Position numbers and translations under genes: made by a program. Shown here piece after piece: positions 37,913-45,921 of a stretch of 64,000 nucleotides of DNA (position 1 is its first letter; each line of letters begins with the position of its first letter). Source of the DNA: Eubacteriales bacterium (GTDB lineage Bacteria; Bacillota; Clostridia; Lachnospirales; Lachnospiraceae); the NCBI GenBank assembly GCA_030533405.1, contig JAUNJF010000002.1, positions 9,339-73,338 of the forward strand, written 5' to 3'. The notes under the pieces were generated by a model. The model was given only the letters and a program-made list of their open reading frames with translations, had not been told where the DNA came from and searched no databases.

Positions 37913-39034
37913 CTATTTACCATAACTTGTTCCACCACCGGCAGCAACACGTGCTCCAATGCTTTCCTGTCGAACGGTATCTGAATAAGAACTCAATGAA
38001 TCTCCATAATTGGTATCTACACGCGTATCACCAAAATTCGTAAAAGTTGATTTACTACTTCCAAAGGACCTGGAATCCTTGTCATAACCATTCGTATAAT
38101 AATATCTTCGATAGTAGCGATAGGTATGTCTGTTTGATCGATATGGTGTCTGATCGCTACCATACACATATTTACGACTCGACACCTGTACCATTGTCTC
38201 GTCATACTCAGATGTATAAATCAAACAGTATTCCTTCGATGTCAAAATGGCAACACTATCATCCCCGTCCTCTGTATTTTGTTGCACACTCTCTACATTA
38301 CCATCCAAGGCATAAATAATATTTTTACTTGTATCCTCTATGGTGTTATCCGTCGTATACACCTGTGCTTTTTGTGAATCTGCTCCTGTTATCGTCGTCA
38401 CATACCGAAATTCACTATTAGAGCGAATCCACTTTTCAATACTTAATTTAGAGTTACCAGTAAACAACCCAATCACAGCTGGTAGAATAGAAAACATAGA
38501 AGAAAACGCTATGAATGCTAAAATTAAAATAGCCTTTCTTACCATCGATTGACTATTATTTGCTTGATATCCAGATGTGTTTTCACTTGCGTGAGACATC
38601 ACATAAAACTCTTCCCGATCCAAATAATATCCGACACTTTTTTCCTCGCCATCATCCCAAATTTCAACGGAAATAATCTTTTCCTCTGTATCATCTTCAT
38701 ACTCTGTAAAATATGCGCTATCTCCCGTCTCAACATCTACCCGTCCCCAGGCTCTGGCAACCACTTCCTTCCCAGTATCTACCTGATGATAACCAGCCAT
38801 ATTTGCATATCCAACAACCTCTGAAATCGAATACTCATCATACGTCGTATCAACACTTAACCACTTTTCTCTTCCACTTCCTACTTGAAACAGTCGATAT
38901 TCCGTCCACATTTTACCATCTGCTGTATTACGATAACTAATCTTGCCAACAACCTCATAGGTGTCACCATCAACCCAAAGAACGTCACCTACAAAATAAT
39001 CCAAAAAGCATGCCTCCCTTCTATCCCAAATCAT
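37913..39034 (-). CDS. DUF4178-like N-terminal domain, one TM helix, and a large C-terminal domain with a Tyr/Arg-rich tail
   Basis: The track ORF is 37913-39091. The start is uncertain: either the ATG at 39034 (overlaps the speD-like stop) or the TTG at 39004 (GGGAGG 8 nt upstream). GDVLWVDGDTYEVVGKISYRN...WTEYRLF fits my recollection of DUF4178. The tail reads YRSNRHTYRYYRRYYYTNGY. Confidence 0.55.
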   Translation of the reverse strand: MIWDRREACFLDYFVGDVLWVDGDTYEVVGKISYRNTADGKMWTEYRLFQVGSGREKWLSVDTTYDEYSISEVVGYANMAGYHQVDTGKEVVARAWGRVDVETGDSAYFTEYEDDTEEKIISVEIWDDGEEKSVGYYLDREEFYVMSHASENTSGYQANNSQSMVRKAILILAFIAFSSMFSILPAVIGLFTGNSKLSIEKWIRSNSEFRYVTTITGADSQKAQVYTTDNTIEDTSKNIIYALDGNVESVQQNTEDGDDSVAILTSKEYCLIYTSEYDETMVQVSSRKYVYGSDQTPYRSNRHTYRYYRRYYYTNGYDKDSRSFGSSKSTFTNFGDTRVDTNYGDSLSSYSDTVRQESIGARVAAGGGTSYGK

Positions 39035-39371
39035 CTCGCTGTATCTTTCGTTCAACCGATTGCACTTCCATCTCCCTTGCATCAAACGCAATCTTTAACT
39101 GCTGTGCCAATTGCTCCGGAATCGTTTCCTTACAAGAAAAAATATCAATCGCCGCATATCCAAACTCTGGCCAGGTATGTATCGAAAAATGTGATGTGGT
39201 AATCACAGCAATATACGATATGCCAATCGGTTCAAACTGATGTACACACTCTTCCACAATCTCCGCACCAATCTCTGCAACTGACTGCTGCGCAATCCTT
39301 TTTATACAATCTATATCATTTAAATAATCTTCCTCACATCCATGCAAATCCACCAACAACTGATATGCCAT
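39021..39371 (-). CDS. class-1 AdoMetDC-fold pyruvoyl decarboxylase proenzyme (SpeD/SpeH-like) with an atypical processing site
   Basis: This 116-aa protein has LLVDLHGC... and VITTSHFSIHTWPEFGYAAIDIFSC. It aligns with B. subtilis SpeD [25 protein letters not shown]. The Ser is conserved but the preceding Glu is Thr. Confidence 0.75.
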   Translation of the reverse strand: MAYQLLVDLHGCEEDYLNDIDCIKRIAQQSVAEIGAEIVEECVHQFEPIGISYIAVITTSHFSIHTWPEFGYAAIDIFSCKETIPEQLAQQLKIAFDAREMEVQSVERKIQRDDLG

Positions 39372-39556
39372 TTTTTTCCTACTTTCCTACATCATTTGTT
39401 ATTTTTTATTTTCTCATTTTACCATACTGTATCAATCCTCGTAAAGTGGCAAACAAACTGGTTAACACCCAATCAACAGCATCCTCGCACATCAAATGAT
39501 AGAATCGGTTCTGTTTTTGTTACTTATACCGGAGAAGAATATCCTTGGTAATATGA

Positions 39557-39606
39557 CAAAAAAATACCCCTTACATAGACTTTACTTACCACGTCTACTT
39601 AAGGGG
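39557..39606 (-). terminator. rho-independent terminator after the ABC-2 permease gene
   Basis: The minus strand reads CCCCTTAAGTAGAC...GTCTATGTAAGGGG followed by TATTTTTTTG. Confidence 0.7.
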
Positions 39607-39629
39607 ATTTCTTTCTATCATTGTTTTTT

Positions 39630-40418
39630 CTATGCGGCAATATCTTTTTTCTGATATGCCAACACACCAATTATGATACTTATCACCGTTACACCGCATC
39701 CTATTCCGAGCAGTGTTGTATCCAACTTACCACTTGAAAATATATCTGCTGCATTACAATAATAAAATGGAGTAATATATTTTGCATCTTCTATTGCCGG
39801 AATAATACGACACATCATTTCAAGTCCAAACATCAAAATCGCAAATCCCAACCCTGCACCAAGCAAAGTTCTCTTTGTTATTGCGGAAATCATATAGCAA
39901 ACAGAAGCAATTTCCACCTGCATCAAAACAGCTGCAATATGATACTTTACAAAAATATCAATATCAAACATCTGATTCATCCATACAATTGTAATATAGT
40001 TAAGAACTACCTGTATCAGGTTAAACAACACAATCATAATAAGCAAGCCTGCATATTTTTCAAAATAAATCTGTACTCTTGAAACCGGCAATGCATTTAA
40101 AAATTCAGCCGTATGACCATTTTCTTCCTTCGATAACATTCCAATTCCGATCAATGCAGCAAACATCGCCACCCCAAGATTGAACACAATTGCAATTTCT
40201 GTTCCGTAATACCCTTCCATTGTCGCAAGACTTAATTTATCCATTCCAATCGCCTGTGACATGGCTCCCATATTAGAATAGCTGTCTGCTAATTCTTTCA
40301 CCGAATCCTCTAAACTATGATATAAAACAATACATCCAACGCTACAAAACGCAATACACAAAAGCCATATCATAAATGTCTTTCGATTAATTTTTAATTC
40401 CTGCCTTAACAATCTCAT
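39630..40418 (-). CDS. ABC-2-type transporter permease
   Basis: It has 6 TM helices. The start is placed at MRLLRQEL (AAGGAG 9 nt upstream). It pairs with the upstream ATPase. Confidence 0.75.
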   Translation of the reverse strand: MRLLRQELKINRKTFMIWLLCIAFCSVGCIVLYHSLEDSVKELADSYSNMGAMSQAIGMDKLSLATMEGYYGTEIAIVFNLGVAMFAALIGIGMLSKEENGHTAEFLNALPVSRVQIYFEKYAGLLIMIVLFNLIQVVLNYITIVWMNQMFDIDIFVKYHIAAVLMQVEIASVCYMISAITKRTLLGAGLGFAILMFGLEMMCRIIPAIEDAKYITPFYYCNAADIFSSGKLDTTLLGIGCGVTVISIIIGVLAYQKKDIAA

Positions 40419-40468
40419 ATCGACCAACTCCTTTAAAACGAATCCTTCACATTACATTTCACAATTTT

Positions 40469-41302
40469 CTACTTGGTATAATAACTCATAAAAATCTCTT
40501 CCATATCTGGTTCTTCAATCACAATGTCTGAAATATCATGTCCTGCAAAACTTTGAAATAACACATTCAAATCACCGTTATATAAAAACTCTTCCATCAC
40601 ACCGTCTTTCACAAGCTTCACAGACTTACCATGTCTCTTCGTCAAGTTCTCTACGGTATCTGTGCAGACAAGCTGTCCCTCTCGGATAATCGCCACATGC
40701 TTACAATATTTCTTTATCTCCGTCAATACATGGGATGACAAAAAACAGGTCGTTCCCATTTTGTTGTACTCCATAATCAGTTTAAAAAACTCTGCCTGCA
40801 TAAACGGATCCAGACCACTCGTTGGCTCATCCAAAATAAACAGCTTAGGTCTATGTTGCATCGCACATACAATTCCAATTTTCTTTCGATTTCCAAGGGA
40901 TAACTCTTCTATCCTTTTTTCTCCATTGATCTGCAAACGTTCACAAAGCATTTCTGCTTCTGCTTTACAATCCATTTGTCGCATATCCGCTGCGTACCGA
41001 ATGACATCTTTTGCCTTCATCGTCGGATAAAACATAACTTCACTCGGAAGATATCCAATATTCATTAACATCTTCTTTCGTTCCTTTTTTGCATCCATAC
41101 CAAGTACATTGATTTCTCCCTCTTGGTATTGCAAAAGACCTAATATGCTTCGAATCGTAGTCGACTTTCCCGCTCCATTTGGTCCCAAAAACCCAAAAAC
41201 ATCTCCCTCTTCTACCTGCAAGGTTAATCCTGTAACGCCTCTCGTCTTTCGATATTTCTTTGTCAAATTCTGAATATCAATTGCATATTTTGCTGTCTCC
41301 AT
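40469..41302 (-). CDS. ABC transporter ATP-binding protein
   Basis: It has Walker A (GPNGAGKST), the signature LSLGNRKK and Walker B (LFILDEPTSGLD). Confidence 0.9.
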   Translation of the reverse strand: METAKYAIDIQNLTKKYRKTRGVTGLTLQVEEGDVFGFLGPNGAGKSTTIRSILGLLQYQEGEINVLGMDAKKERKKMLMNIGYLPSEVMFYPTMKAKDVIRYAADMRQMDCKAEAEMLCERLQINGEKRIEELSLGNRKKIGIVCAMQHRPKLFILDEPTSGLDPFMQAEFFKLIMEYNKMGTTCFLSSHVLTEIKKYCKHVAIIREGQLVCTDTVENLTKRHGKSVKLVKDGVMEEFLYNGDLNVLFQSFAGHDISDIVIEEPDMEEIFMSYYTK

Positions 41303-41333
41303 ATTTTCATCTCCTCTTTCCCATCGTTTAATA

Positions 41334-41449
41334 TATAGGTGCTTGCGAAACTCTCAATTTACAAATTACCGTTGTTAAATATCCCAACTTGGATTTGTTT
41401 ATATTTAACAACGCCCAATACACTAAATTGAGTTTCACAATCACCTATA
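41334..41449 (-). repeat. 116-nt bipartite intercistronic hairpin repeat, long copy (E1)
   Basis: The outer arms 41334-41353 and 41430-41449 pair at 18 of 20 positions. AATTTA/TAAATT then adds 6 bp after a 2-nt bulge. The inner arms CGTTGTTAAATAT (41370-41382) and ATATTTAACAACG (41401-41413) pair perfectly. The loop is 18 nt. The element almost exactly fills the gap between the DUF3021 stop (41451) and the ABC ATPase RBS. Confidence 0.7.
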
Positions 41450-41450
41450 T

Positions 41451-41891
41451 CTAATCCAATGTCTTCTTAAAATTTTCAAGATCCTGATTCAATACTTCTG
41501 TATCCATTTTCCGTTTTAACCTATACACCCAGAACACAGATACGTAGCAAACCAACACATACAGAAAAAATCCACCATTACTAACCACGCTGTGATCCGT
41601 CCAGTTTAACACATAATGCAACACCGTGTAGATCATCGTACACAACAAAATACATCCGATTGTCTTTGGTGTTATTTTTTCACTCTCATCAAAATTATCT
41701 AGCACAAACACCTGTACATAACCCATAATATAGGTTGATAAAATCATTTCTGCCATGTGCAAAATAGAAACACTATATTCCCCTTTTATCAACCAAAACA
41801 TACATACATAAAACAAAAACGCGAAAAAATACAAACAAGCCTTAAATTCAATTCCAATCTCTGCCCACACATATCTTTTAAACTTACTCAT
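41451..41891 (-). CDS. DUF3021-type small membrane protein (partner of the LytTR regulator)
   Basis: It is 146 aa with 4 TM helices. Its start overlaps the LytTR gene stop by 4 nt. Confidence 0.6.
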   Translation of the reverse strand: MSKFKRYVWAEIGIEFKACLYFFAFLFYVCMFWLIKGEYSVSILHMAEMILSTYIMGYVQVFVLDNFDESEKITPKTIGCILLCTMIYTVLHYVLNWTDHSVVSNGGFFLYVLVCYVSVFWVYRLKRKMDTEVLNQDLENFKKTLD

Positions 41892-42331
41892 TCTCCCTCA
41901 CCTCTCAATACTTCACGAAGCTGTCTTGCATATCGTCTTGAAATCACAATGTGTTCATTGTTATCCATGCAAGCATCAATTCGATTTCCTGATAAACTTT
42001 TTAATGACAAAATGTGCCGTATATTGATAATCATCGCTTTGCTACATCGAAAAAAAGATGCATCCCCAATCACTGTCTCAAATGCCCGCAAAGACATGCA
42101 AATGGTATAAACATTATCACCCGTATATACATATGTTGTTCGATCAATACTTTCCATATATAAAATGTCAGTTGGACTTAACAACACCTGTTCCCTGTCT
42201 TTAAATACAGGTATTTTTTTATTCCCATTCAAAACAAAATTCGCAAGCTCATGTACAAACTCCGTTTCCTCTTTATAACGAATAATAACCTCTTCTTCTC
42301 CTGTATCAATTTGCTGTAATGATAATTTCAT
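41888..42331 (-). CDS. stand-alone LytTR-domain DNA-binding protein (no receiver domain)
   Basis: The track ORF is 41888-42382, and the start is placed at MKLSLQQ (GAGGGAAG RBS). The LytTR pattern is DILYMES..RTTYVYT.DNVYTI.MSL..FE.....FFRC.KA.IINI..I. Confidence 0.75.
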   Translation of the reverse strand: MKLSLQQIDTGEEEVIIRYKEETEFVHELANFVLNGNKKIPVFKDREQVLLSPTDILYMESIDRTTYVYTGDNVYTICMSLRAFETVIGDASFFRCSKAMIINIRHILSLKSLSGNRIDACMDNNEHIVISRRYARQLREVLRGEGE

Positions 42332-42561
42332 AAGCGCTTCCCTCGTATAATTTTGATATATGCATCTTAATTCATAATCCAAACAGAATCAATAGGTCAT
42401 TACGTAAGATGCACTTTTGGATGTGCAGGTTGCATAGCTACATACCTTAGGCGAATATAACTCTGAAGAGAATGCATACGCCTATAAATGAACAACACAT
42501 CAAAAGATTTCCCATAAAGTAAAAAAGACATATCCAAACAGACATGCCTTTTCGTTTCATT

Positions 42562-42593
42562 TACAATATATTATTTTTGCGTACAATATACTA
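42562..42593. promoter_or_regulatory. direct repeats, candidate LytTR operator
   Basis: TACAATATATTA lies at 42562-42573 and TACAATATACTA at 42582-42593. They match at 11 of 12 positions and are spaced 20 bp centre to centre. They sit about 230-260 nt upstream of the LytTR gene. Confidence 0.35.
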
Positions 42594-42611
42594 TGAATAT
42601 ATGCACGATCT

Positions 42612-43268
42612 CTACCACACAAATCTATGATTGTACATTTCGCCATTGTCTACAATCACATCCTGTGCCGTCATACTCTTATTTACAACGGTTAAAAAAT
42701 ATACCCATTCTGCAGCCTCATCCACGGTTGCCCATTTCTTTAGCGGTGTCATCGACATAATCTCATCCCACATTTTACCATCCTGCATTACTGGTGCATT
42801 CAATTGTGTGATAACTCCTCCAAAAGATATACTATTGGCAACAGCGCCATATTGGGCAATCTCTTTTGCAGTCCACTTTGTATAAGACAACACGCCACCT
42901 TTACTGGCTACATATTCTGGAAACTCTGCACCATTATGTGCAGAAACTGAAGCCTGATTTAAAATTGCACGAATAGAAGGCTGTAGTCCATAACGATTTG
43001 TACAGTGCATAACACCGCGAAGATTCACATCAATATCCCGCATATTCTCCATGCTTTGCACACCTGCATTATTAACTAATATATTAATATCTTCGATTTC
43101 AGGTAGGCTTTTCGCATCTGATACATCACATACATAATGTATGTAATGCTCATGTTCAATCGTGGCATCCTTTTGATCTAACCCAAATACCTGATGCCCT
43201 TCCTTCAAATACTTCTTGGCAATTGCCTTTCCCATTCCAGTACTACTACCCGTTACAACAACCCTCAT
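42612..43268 (-). CDS. short-chain dehydrogenase/reductase (SDR)
   Basis: It has TGSSTGMGKAIA (TGxxxGxG), NNAG and YVASKGG (YxxxK). Confidence 0.85.
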   Translation of the reverse strand: MRVVVTGSSTGMGKAIAKKYLKEGHQVFGLDQKDATIEHEHYIHYVCDVSDAKSLPEIEDINILVNNAGVQSMENMRDIDVNLRGVMHCTNRYGLQPSIRAILNQASVSAHNGAEFPEYVASKGGVLSYTKWTAKEIAQYGAVANSISFGGVITQLNAPVMQDGKMWDEIMSMTPLKKWATVDEAAEWVYFLTVVNKSMTAQDVIVDNGEMYNHRFVW

Positions 43269-43281
43269 TCTTTTTCCTCTC

Positions 43282-43325
43282 TATATAACCTTGTTATCGG
43301 AAAATTGCGAAATTCTCTAATACAA
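43282..43325 (-). repeat. possible partial copy (E3) of the intercistronic repeat
   Basis: TATATA...TTGCGAAATTCTCTAATACAA resembles the left arm of E1 (TATATA..TTGCGAAACTCTCAATTTACAA). I found no matching right arm. It lies between the yhhQ stop and the SDR start. Confidence 0.3.
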
Positions 43326-43342
43326 CTTATTCAAGTCGACGT

Positions 43343-44080
43343 TCACGCAACCTTTTGTAGAGCAATGTATTCACTACCCACATTCTCTTTTTCCCATTTT
43401 TTACAAACAGAATATCCAATCGGACTAAAGATAATCTCACATAACAATTCCATCACTGCTCCAATCAAAGAGCAAACTACACATTGTACCAAAGTCCATC
43501 CGAAGAAATTACGACTTACAATCAATGCAAAGCACATGTTGTCTACAAACTGACCAATCATTGTAGACGCATAGGTTCGAATTGCATATGCAAAGAAATT
43601 ATCCTTTTTTAAATGCTTACCAATTCCGTGATTGACCAAAGCATTTACAATACCTGAAACCACAAATGCAATCATGCTTCCAAGCAAAATATACCAAGTT
43701 CCTCCAATTGTGCTATTAAGCGCATCATTTACAATCTGATTTTCGTAAGTGTAATATTCTCCCCAGTTTCCTGGTATTGCAGCAACAAATGCAAGCAATC
43801 CAGCCATTGCAAAATTAATCAATGCAACAGCTACGGTCATCTTTACTGCAGCTTTCGGACCAAATCGCTTGGTCACCATATCCATACACAGGAATACAAG
43901 CCACGACAAAAGAAAACCACAATCCAGCGCAATATAGCTGCTTCCGGTTCGAATCTCCTTATTCGCAAATAAATTCATGAAAATTACGGATAGTGTGAAT
44001 AACACCATTACAATAGATGGAACACTACGAAACAGTTTTTTCGTGTCTTCCCAGTCACTTTTGATTCTTTCGACTAACAT
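43343..44080 (-). CDS. yhhQ: queuosine-precursor transporter (YhhQ / VUT family)
   Basis: This 245-aa polytopic protein contains ...ALDCGFLLSWLVFLCMDMVTKRFGPKAA... It is preceded by a preQ1-I riboswitch, the classic genomic association. Confidence 0.8.
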   Translation of the reverse strand: MLVERIKSDWEDTKKLFRSVPSIVMVLFTLSVIFMNLFANKEIRTGSSYIALDCGFLLSWLVFLCMDMVTKRFGPKAAVKMTVAVALINFAMAGLLAFVAAIPGNWGEYYTYENQIVNDALNSTIGGTWYILLGSMIAFVVSGIVNALVNHGIGKHLKKDNFFAYAIRTYASTMIGQFVDNMCFALIVSRNFFGWTLVQCVVCSLIGAVMELLCEIIFSPIGYSVCKKWEKENVGSEYIALQKVA

Positions 44081-44088
44081 ATTTTATT

Positions 44089-44131
44089 CTCCTTAGTTTT
44101 GATTATAGACAGGATGGTTACGAACTGTCTT
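44089..44131 (-). promoter_or_regulatory. preQ1-I riboswitch (SD-sequestering)
   Basis: The minus strand reads AGACAG-TTCGTAACCATC-CTGTCT-ATAATCAAAACTAAGGAG. The architecture matches B. subtilis queC (AGAGG-UUCUAGCUACAC-CCUCU-AUAAAAAACUAAGG). The A-rich tail runs into the RBS. Confidence 0.85.
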
Positions 44132-44148
44132 GGCTTTTCGCCAACGCT

Positions 44149-44177
44149 ATTCTATAAAATATCTGCTTATTTGTCAA
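44149..44177 (-). promoter_or_regulatory. sigma-A promoter of the preQ1-yhhQ unit
   Basis: The minus strand reads TTGACA, a 17-nt spacer, then TAGAAT. The -35 begins 7 nt after the stop of the upstream small gene. Confidence 0.6.
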
Positions 44178-44183
44178 TCGTTA

Positions 44184-44405
44184 TCAGCCTGGAATTAATA
44201 TTTTTCCTCCTAACTTAAATAACCACAATCCAACTGGAATCAGAATTAAGGTACAACAACAGGCAACTGCCAATACCCATGTAATCAACGTAATCGGCAA
44301 ACGAACAAATAACCAAAAACAGGCTTTTAGAATTGCTCCTGTAATATGATACGCTAGCCAAAACAAAACAGTTAATAGTATCAAAACAATAAATAAAAGA
44401 ATCAT
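44184..44405 (-). CDS. 73-aa membrane protein (2-3 TM helices), unknown function
   Basis: It has a good RBS (GAGGTG 6 nt upstream) and is almost entirely hydrophobic, with a CCC motif. It is the last gene of the MoxR-2 operon. Confidence 0.55.
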   Translation of the reverse strand: MILLFIVLILLTVLFWLAYHITGAILKACFWLFVRLPITLITWVLAVACCCTLILIPVGLWLFKLGGKILIPG

Positions 44406-44444
44406 ATTTTACACCTCACATCATCTAAACCACATTGATTCCCA

Positions 44445-44642
44445 CTATGAATACTCTGGTGGAATAAAATTTTGGGAAACATTATTTTTCGACTCGTGAA
44501 TCACAACTGGCGCCGTCGAAAAATCCTTATAATTGCCCTTACTATCACCCAAATCATTTGATTTTTTAACCATAATAGAAATGATCAGGTATGCCAGCAC
44601 CACACCAAATGCAATTCCTAACAAAGCACCTATTACGCCCAT
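44445..44642 (-). CDS. 65-aa single-pass membrane protein, unknown function
   Basis: Its start ATG overlaps the upstream stop (TAATG). It has an N-terminal TM helix (GVIGALLGIAFGVVLAYLIISIMV) and then a polar tail. Confidence 0.55.
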   Translation of the reverse strand: MGVIGALLGIAFGVVLAYLIISIMVKKSNDLGDSKGNYKDFSTAPVVIHESKNNVSQNFIPPEYS

Positions 44643-45880
44643 TAATGATCATCCTGCCTTTCTGTCACCAAGTTTTTGATTGCGTTCTCTGTTGTCAATG
44701 TTTTACTCATTTTATATCGTTTATAATTACCTCTTGCCATGAGCCACATCGTACCGATTATCACAGCAATAAATGCAATTAGCTTCCCTGTTGCCTCCGA
44801 ATCAATCCCTGTAGAAAAGAGTGTCATGCCCACAATTCCAAACAAAATAGCGAATATAACTGCCATTACACCAAATACTGTCATTTCCTTTTTCTTATCA
44901 CTTGGCACAGCACCAACCAACTTTCCCGTCTGACCATTTACCATAATTGTATAATGTTCATTCTCCGCCCGGAATACCAGAAACCAGGCTGGTAATAACG
45001 CATATGAAGTCTCCACCATTTTATACTGCGGATTGGAACGAATGATATTTTTGTTTGATGCAGAAATGCTTTTTAATACTTCTGCATCAAACAAAATTTT
45101 AGCTCTTCCCAGCGCCATATTACGCATTTTAATCTTATCATCATCGCTACAATCCGCATAAAATCCTGACAAATAGCCTTCCTGAAAAGGAATCGCTTCC
45201 TGTACACGATACGGTTCTAAACGCTGAGAGGATTCATCATTAAATCGTTTGGATGCATCGATTGTAATCCGTTCAAAAGCGCAGGATGCCTTTCGATAAA
45301 AATATCGTGTCCTAGAGTTCTTGCCACTTCCAACCGTTCCTCGCACAACCAAACGATCTTTATAATCAATATCATATAACCAAAATGGCACATAAATTCC
45401 ACGCAGCATTTCGACTTTAAAATCCTTGATTTCCTGTGGTACAAAAAATCCCTTATTTAAGGTATCACGAATTTTCTTTAACGCCTGCTCTTTTGTCACT
45501 GAAAATGGAATTATATATTTCGGTCTTCTACATTTAGACACACGGCTAAACACAATTGTAGGTTGACCACAATACGCACAAAACGTTGACGACTCCACAT
45601 TATTTATCATCAATTCTGCACCACATGCTGTACAGGTGTACATATCACTTTCCATGTACTCATCATCTGCATCCTCTGACGACAATCCCATTTGCAGCTG
45701 TTCCATCGTATCTGATGGATTATCCATTTCCTGCTTGCTAATTGTATCACGCATGTCCTCTTCTGGCTGCGTACCAAATTGATTCTCATCAAAATAACTA
45801 TAACAAAACTTACAAAGCATCTGTTTTGAGTGCACGTCATATTCCAATGCACCATCACAATTAGGACATTTTATTATCAT
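44642..45880 (-). CDS. double zinc-ribbon protein with a central soluble domain and 2 C-terminal TM helices
   Basis: It is 412 aa. Ribbon 1 is CPNCDG...CKFC and ribbon 2 is CTACGA...CAYCG. The central domain ends LLPAWFLVFRAENEHYTIMVNGQTGKLVGAVP, followed by two TM helices. The architecture reminds me of B. subtilis YdjG (recollection only). Confidence 0.55.
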   Translation of the reverse strand: MIIKCPNCDGALEYDVHSKQMLCKFCYSYFDENQFGTQPEEDMRDTISKQEMDNPSDTMEQLQMGLSSEDADDEYMESDMYTCTACGAELMINNVESSTFCAYCGQPTIVFSRVSKCRRPKYIIPFSVTKEQALKKIRDTLNKGFFVPQEIKDFKVEMLRGIYVPFWLYDIDYKDRLVVRGTVGSGKNSRTRYFYRKASCAFERITIDASKRFNDESSQRLEPYRVQEAIPFQEGYLSGFYADCSDDDKIKMRNMALGRAKILFDAEVLKSISASNKNIIRSNPQYKMVETSYALLPAWFLVFRAENEHYTIMVNGQTGKLVGAVPSDKKKEMTVFGVMAVIFAILFGIVGMTLFSTGIDSEATGKLIAFIAVIIGTMWLMARGNYKRYKMSKTLTTENAIKNLVTERQDDH

Positions 45881-45921
45881 TTCTATCCTCTTTCCGAATC
45901 CTTGCTATTTGCAATCTTCTC

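Noticed and set aside
42500-42545. A terminator after the SDR gene (AGACAT...AGACAT)
   Set aside because: The two 6-mers are direct repeats, not inverted, so they form no stem. I found no convincing terminator between the SDR gene and the LytTR operon.
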